NCBI GenBank assembly: GCA_964527785.1
Contig: CAZGNO010000009.1
Span: 3,268 to 67,267, forward strand
Direction of reading: 5' to 3'
DNA from: an uncultured Chitinophagaceae bacterium
GTDB taxonomy: Bacteria > Bacteroidota > Ignavibacteria > Kapaibacteriales > UBA961
Length of the DNA stretch: 64,000 nt
Shown: one piece after another, positions 61,952 to 64,000 of the stretch
Numbering within the stretch: position 1 is the first letter of the stretch
How the letters are laid out: each line of letters begins with the position of its first letter
Translations under genes and position numbers: made by a program
Notes under the pieces: generated by a model
The model's input: only the letters and a program-made list of their open reading frames with translations
The model's database searches: none
What the model was told of the DNA's origin: nothing

Positions 61952-62788
61952 CTATGAAAGCAGTGTTAGAATTTGAGATAATGTGTCGCGGAGGTCTTTC
62001 CGGTGAACAATCATATCCAGAAAACCATTTTTGAGAACCGACTCAGCACGCTGAAAACCTTCGGGTAGTTTCTTACGTATGGTCTGCTCTACAACTCGCG
62101 GTCCTGCAAAGGCAATAAGGGCTTTCGGTTCACCGATATTAACATCACCGAGCATTGCAAACGATGCGCTTACACCGCCTGTAGTAGGGTCGGTCATAAT
62201 AGAAATATACGGAAGTTTAGCTTCTGCCAGTTCGGAGAGTACTGCGCTTGTTTTTGCCATTTGCATCAGTGAAAAAATTGCTTCTTGCATTCTCGCACCG
62301 CCTGATGTGGAAATAATCACAAGAGGCGTTTTCTGTTTAATTGCTCGCTTGGCTGCACGGTAGAACTTCTCGCCGACTACAGAACCCATACTGCCACCTA
62401 CGAAATCGAAATTCATACAACCAAACGATATTTCACGTCCTGTAATTGTTCCGTAACCGATTGTGAGTGCATCGGCAGAATCAGTACGTCTGTAAGCATC
62501 AGCCAGACGTTCCGTGTAGGGTTTTGTATCTACAAAATGAAGCGGGTCGGTAGAGCGGATATTTGTATCTGTTTCAACGAAGGAATCTTCATCAAAAAGA
62601 ATTGCAATATATTCCTCACTGCCAATTCGGAAGTGGTGGTCACATTTGATACATGTGAACAGTTGCTCTTCGAACTGACGTTTATAAATGACTTCACCGC
62701 ACGTCGGGCATTTGGTAAATAAACCGTCAGGCATTTCACGTTGTTGAGAGTCTTCTATATTTTTTTTGGAGCGCAGGAACCAAGCCAT
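61952..62788 (-). CDS. accD: acetyl-CoA carboxylase carboxyltransferase beta subunit
   Basis: N-terminal CPTCGEV...CIKCDHH zinc ribbon and a crotonase-fold carboxyltransferase domain (GGSMG, GGARMQE). Confidence 0.9.
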   Translation of the reverse strand: MAWFLRSKKNIEDSQQREMPDGLFTKCPTCGEVIYKRQFEEQLFTCIKCDHHFRIGSEEYIAILFDEDSFVETDTNIRSTDPLHFVDTKPYTERLADAYRRTDSADALTIGYGTITGREISFGCMNFDFVGGSMGSVVGEKFYRAAKRAIKQKTPLVIISTSGGARMQEAIFSLMQMAKTSAVLSELAEAKLPYISIMTDPTTGGVSASFAMLGDVNIGEPKALIAFAGPRVVEQTIRKKLPEGFQRAESVLKNGFLDMIVHRKDLRDTLSQILTLLS

Positions 62789-63124
62789 GATGTTCTTTCG
62801 GGTACTATTTCTGAAAAAAGTGGGAACAGTACGAAGGTATTAGACTGTTATTACGTAAATTCCCACTACAAAAATAACAAACTATTAGCAGTATTGTGCG
62901 TTGAATCAAATACAATGCCATTGAAACTCCTTTTACAGGAGTAGGTAAGCGTCAAAAAAATGCATATTGTTAAAATTTCTTGCAAAAATGTGTGTGTTTT
63001 TTTTATGTATTTTCGCTGAAAGTTTTTTGAGAAGAAAAAACCATCCTAGTGTTCTTTCCATACCCTAGCCGCCAATAGACTATGTTTGCGGTTTTCTAAA
63101 ATTTTCATTTTATGGAAAAGCAGT

Positions 63125-63676
63125 ATGAAATCCACCTGTTTTTACAACGCAATTGCTCGCGTAGAGAAAATTTTGCGCGTACAATATTATTATGTTTCGC
63201 CTGACGATAGAGCCGATGCACTCCATGATTCTATTCTCCGATTTCTCGAAACTAAAGACACTTACAGCATAGCCGAAGTCAAACACAATTTACCCTCATT
63301 TCTCATTAACGAAGATGAATGTACACTTTGGCTTTCCAGAGTAGCTCAGCGTACAATCATTACTTGTTGGCGAAAAGGGCGCAATACAGAAAGTATATCC
63401 TCTATCCTTGCCTTTAGTCAAGAAAAAATACACGAGGTTGTTGAAAACACTTACTCGTGCCATCCAAATACAGAAATTGCTTTTGACTGCATTACTGCAC
63501 TTCAGTCATTGAATGTGTCTATGCGGGAATGTTTTGAATTACATTTAAATGGTTGGACGTTTTATGATATCGCTATGCAATTGAAAATCTCGGATTCATG
63601 TGCCCAAAAACGGTATCAAAGAGCTAAACAGAAATTGCAGAGCACTCTAAGAATCTATGCAGTATCGTATAAATAA
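63125..63676 (+). CDS. ECF-type RNA polymerase sigma-70 family factor
   Basis: Region-2-like DRADALHDSILRFLE and region-4 HTH (MRECFELHLNGWTFYDIAMQLKISDSCAQKRYQRAKQKL). Start uncertain, 63086 or 63125. Confidence 0.5.
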   Translation: MKSTCFYNAIARVEKILRVQYYYVSPDDRADALHDSILRFLETKDTYSIAEVKHNLPSFLINEDECTLWLSRVAQRTIITCWRKGRNTESISSILAFSQEKIHEVVENTYSCHPNTEIAFDCITALQSLNVSMRECFELHLNGWTFYDIAMQLKISDSCAQKRYQRAKQKLQSTLRIYAVSYK

Positions 63677-63680
63677 AAGC

Positions 63681-63710
63681 GAAATACTTCCTAAAAAGAA
63701 AAAGTATTTC
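63681..63710 (+). terminator. hairpin after the sigma-factor gene (GAAATACTT...AAGTATTTC)
   Basis: 9-bp stem seen directly; weak T-tract. Confidence 0.35.
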
Positions 63711-64000
63711 TAATGTTGAAAACTTTTTTGTCTTGTTTTGCCGTTCTAAAACGTTAGCGGTGGTGTAAGCATAATACGAAAGAAAAAGTGGGCTAACATT
63801 AAATTGAACACGGGTATGGAGGAACGCTCTATCTGCCGTAAATGCTTACAGAATGTAAATATACAAATTGCCATCTGCGTTACTCAGGCAAGCAACATAC
63901 AATAACGAACTCTTCTCACGATATTGTAGGTTGCTTGAATGTGTAGAGAAGAGACGTGGATGGTTTTAGTATGAATTTCGATAGAACACCAGCAACCGAG

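Overview
Dense bacterial chromosomal window, about 44-45% GC, with genes on both strands and frequent GGAGG-type ribosome-binding sites. The mix of many T9SS (type IX secretion) C-terminal sorting domains, a flagellar late-gene cluster and TonB-dependent receptors points to a flagellated FCB-superphylum (Fibrobacteres-Chlorobi-Bacteroidetes) organism, plausibly Ignavibacteria-like (inference). Housekeeping genes recognised from motifs: glgP-type alpha-glucan phosphorylase, aldehyde dehydrogenase, queA, sppA, rluD, lspA, a DksA/TraR zinc-finger protein, ileS, Ogg2-type 8-oxoG glycosylase, ssb, an MCE/MlaD protein, an NlpC/P60 peptidase, hslO, a family-5 peptide-binding protein, a PNP/MTAP-family phosphorylase, sbcD, sbcC, accD and an ECF-type sigma factor. 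Accessory content: a 2008-aa FG-GAP-repeat giant protein with a T9SS tail; a DUF4331-like and a BNR/Asp-box propeller protein, both with T9SS tails; two TonB-dependent receptors; four sensor histidine kinases with no adjacent response regulator; a flagellin (fliC)-fliS-fliD-flaG-unknown-flgM cluster with a sigma-28-like promoter; and a low-GC islet holding a DinD homolog and an uncharacterised 251-aa protein. Non-coding features of note: a roughly 440-bp nested inverted-repeat (MITE-like) element upstream of a sensor kinase, a 0.5-kb ORF-free gap, two perfect DnaA boxes, a 41-bp palindrome upstream of ssb, and several clean hairpin terminators. No rRNA, tRNA, CRISPR array or transposase gene was seen.
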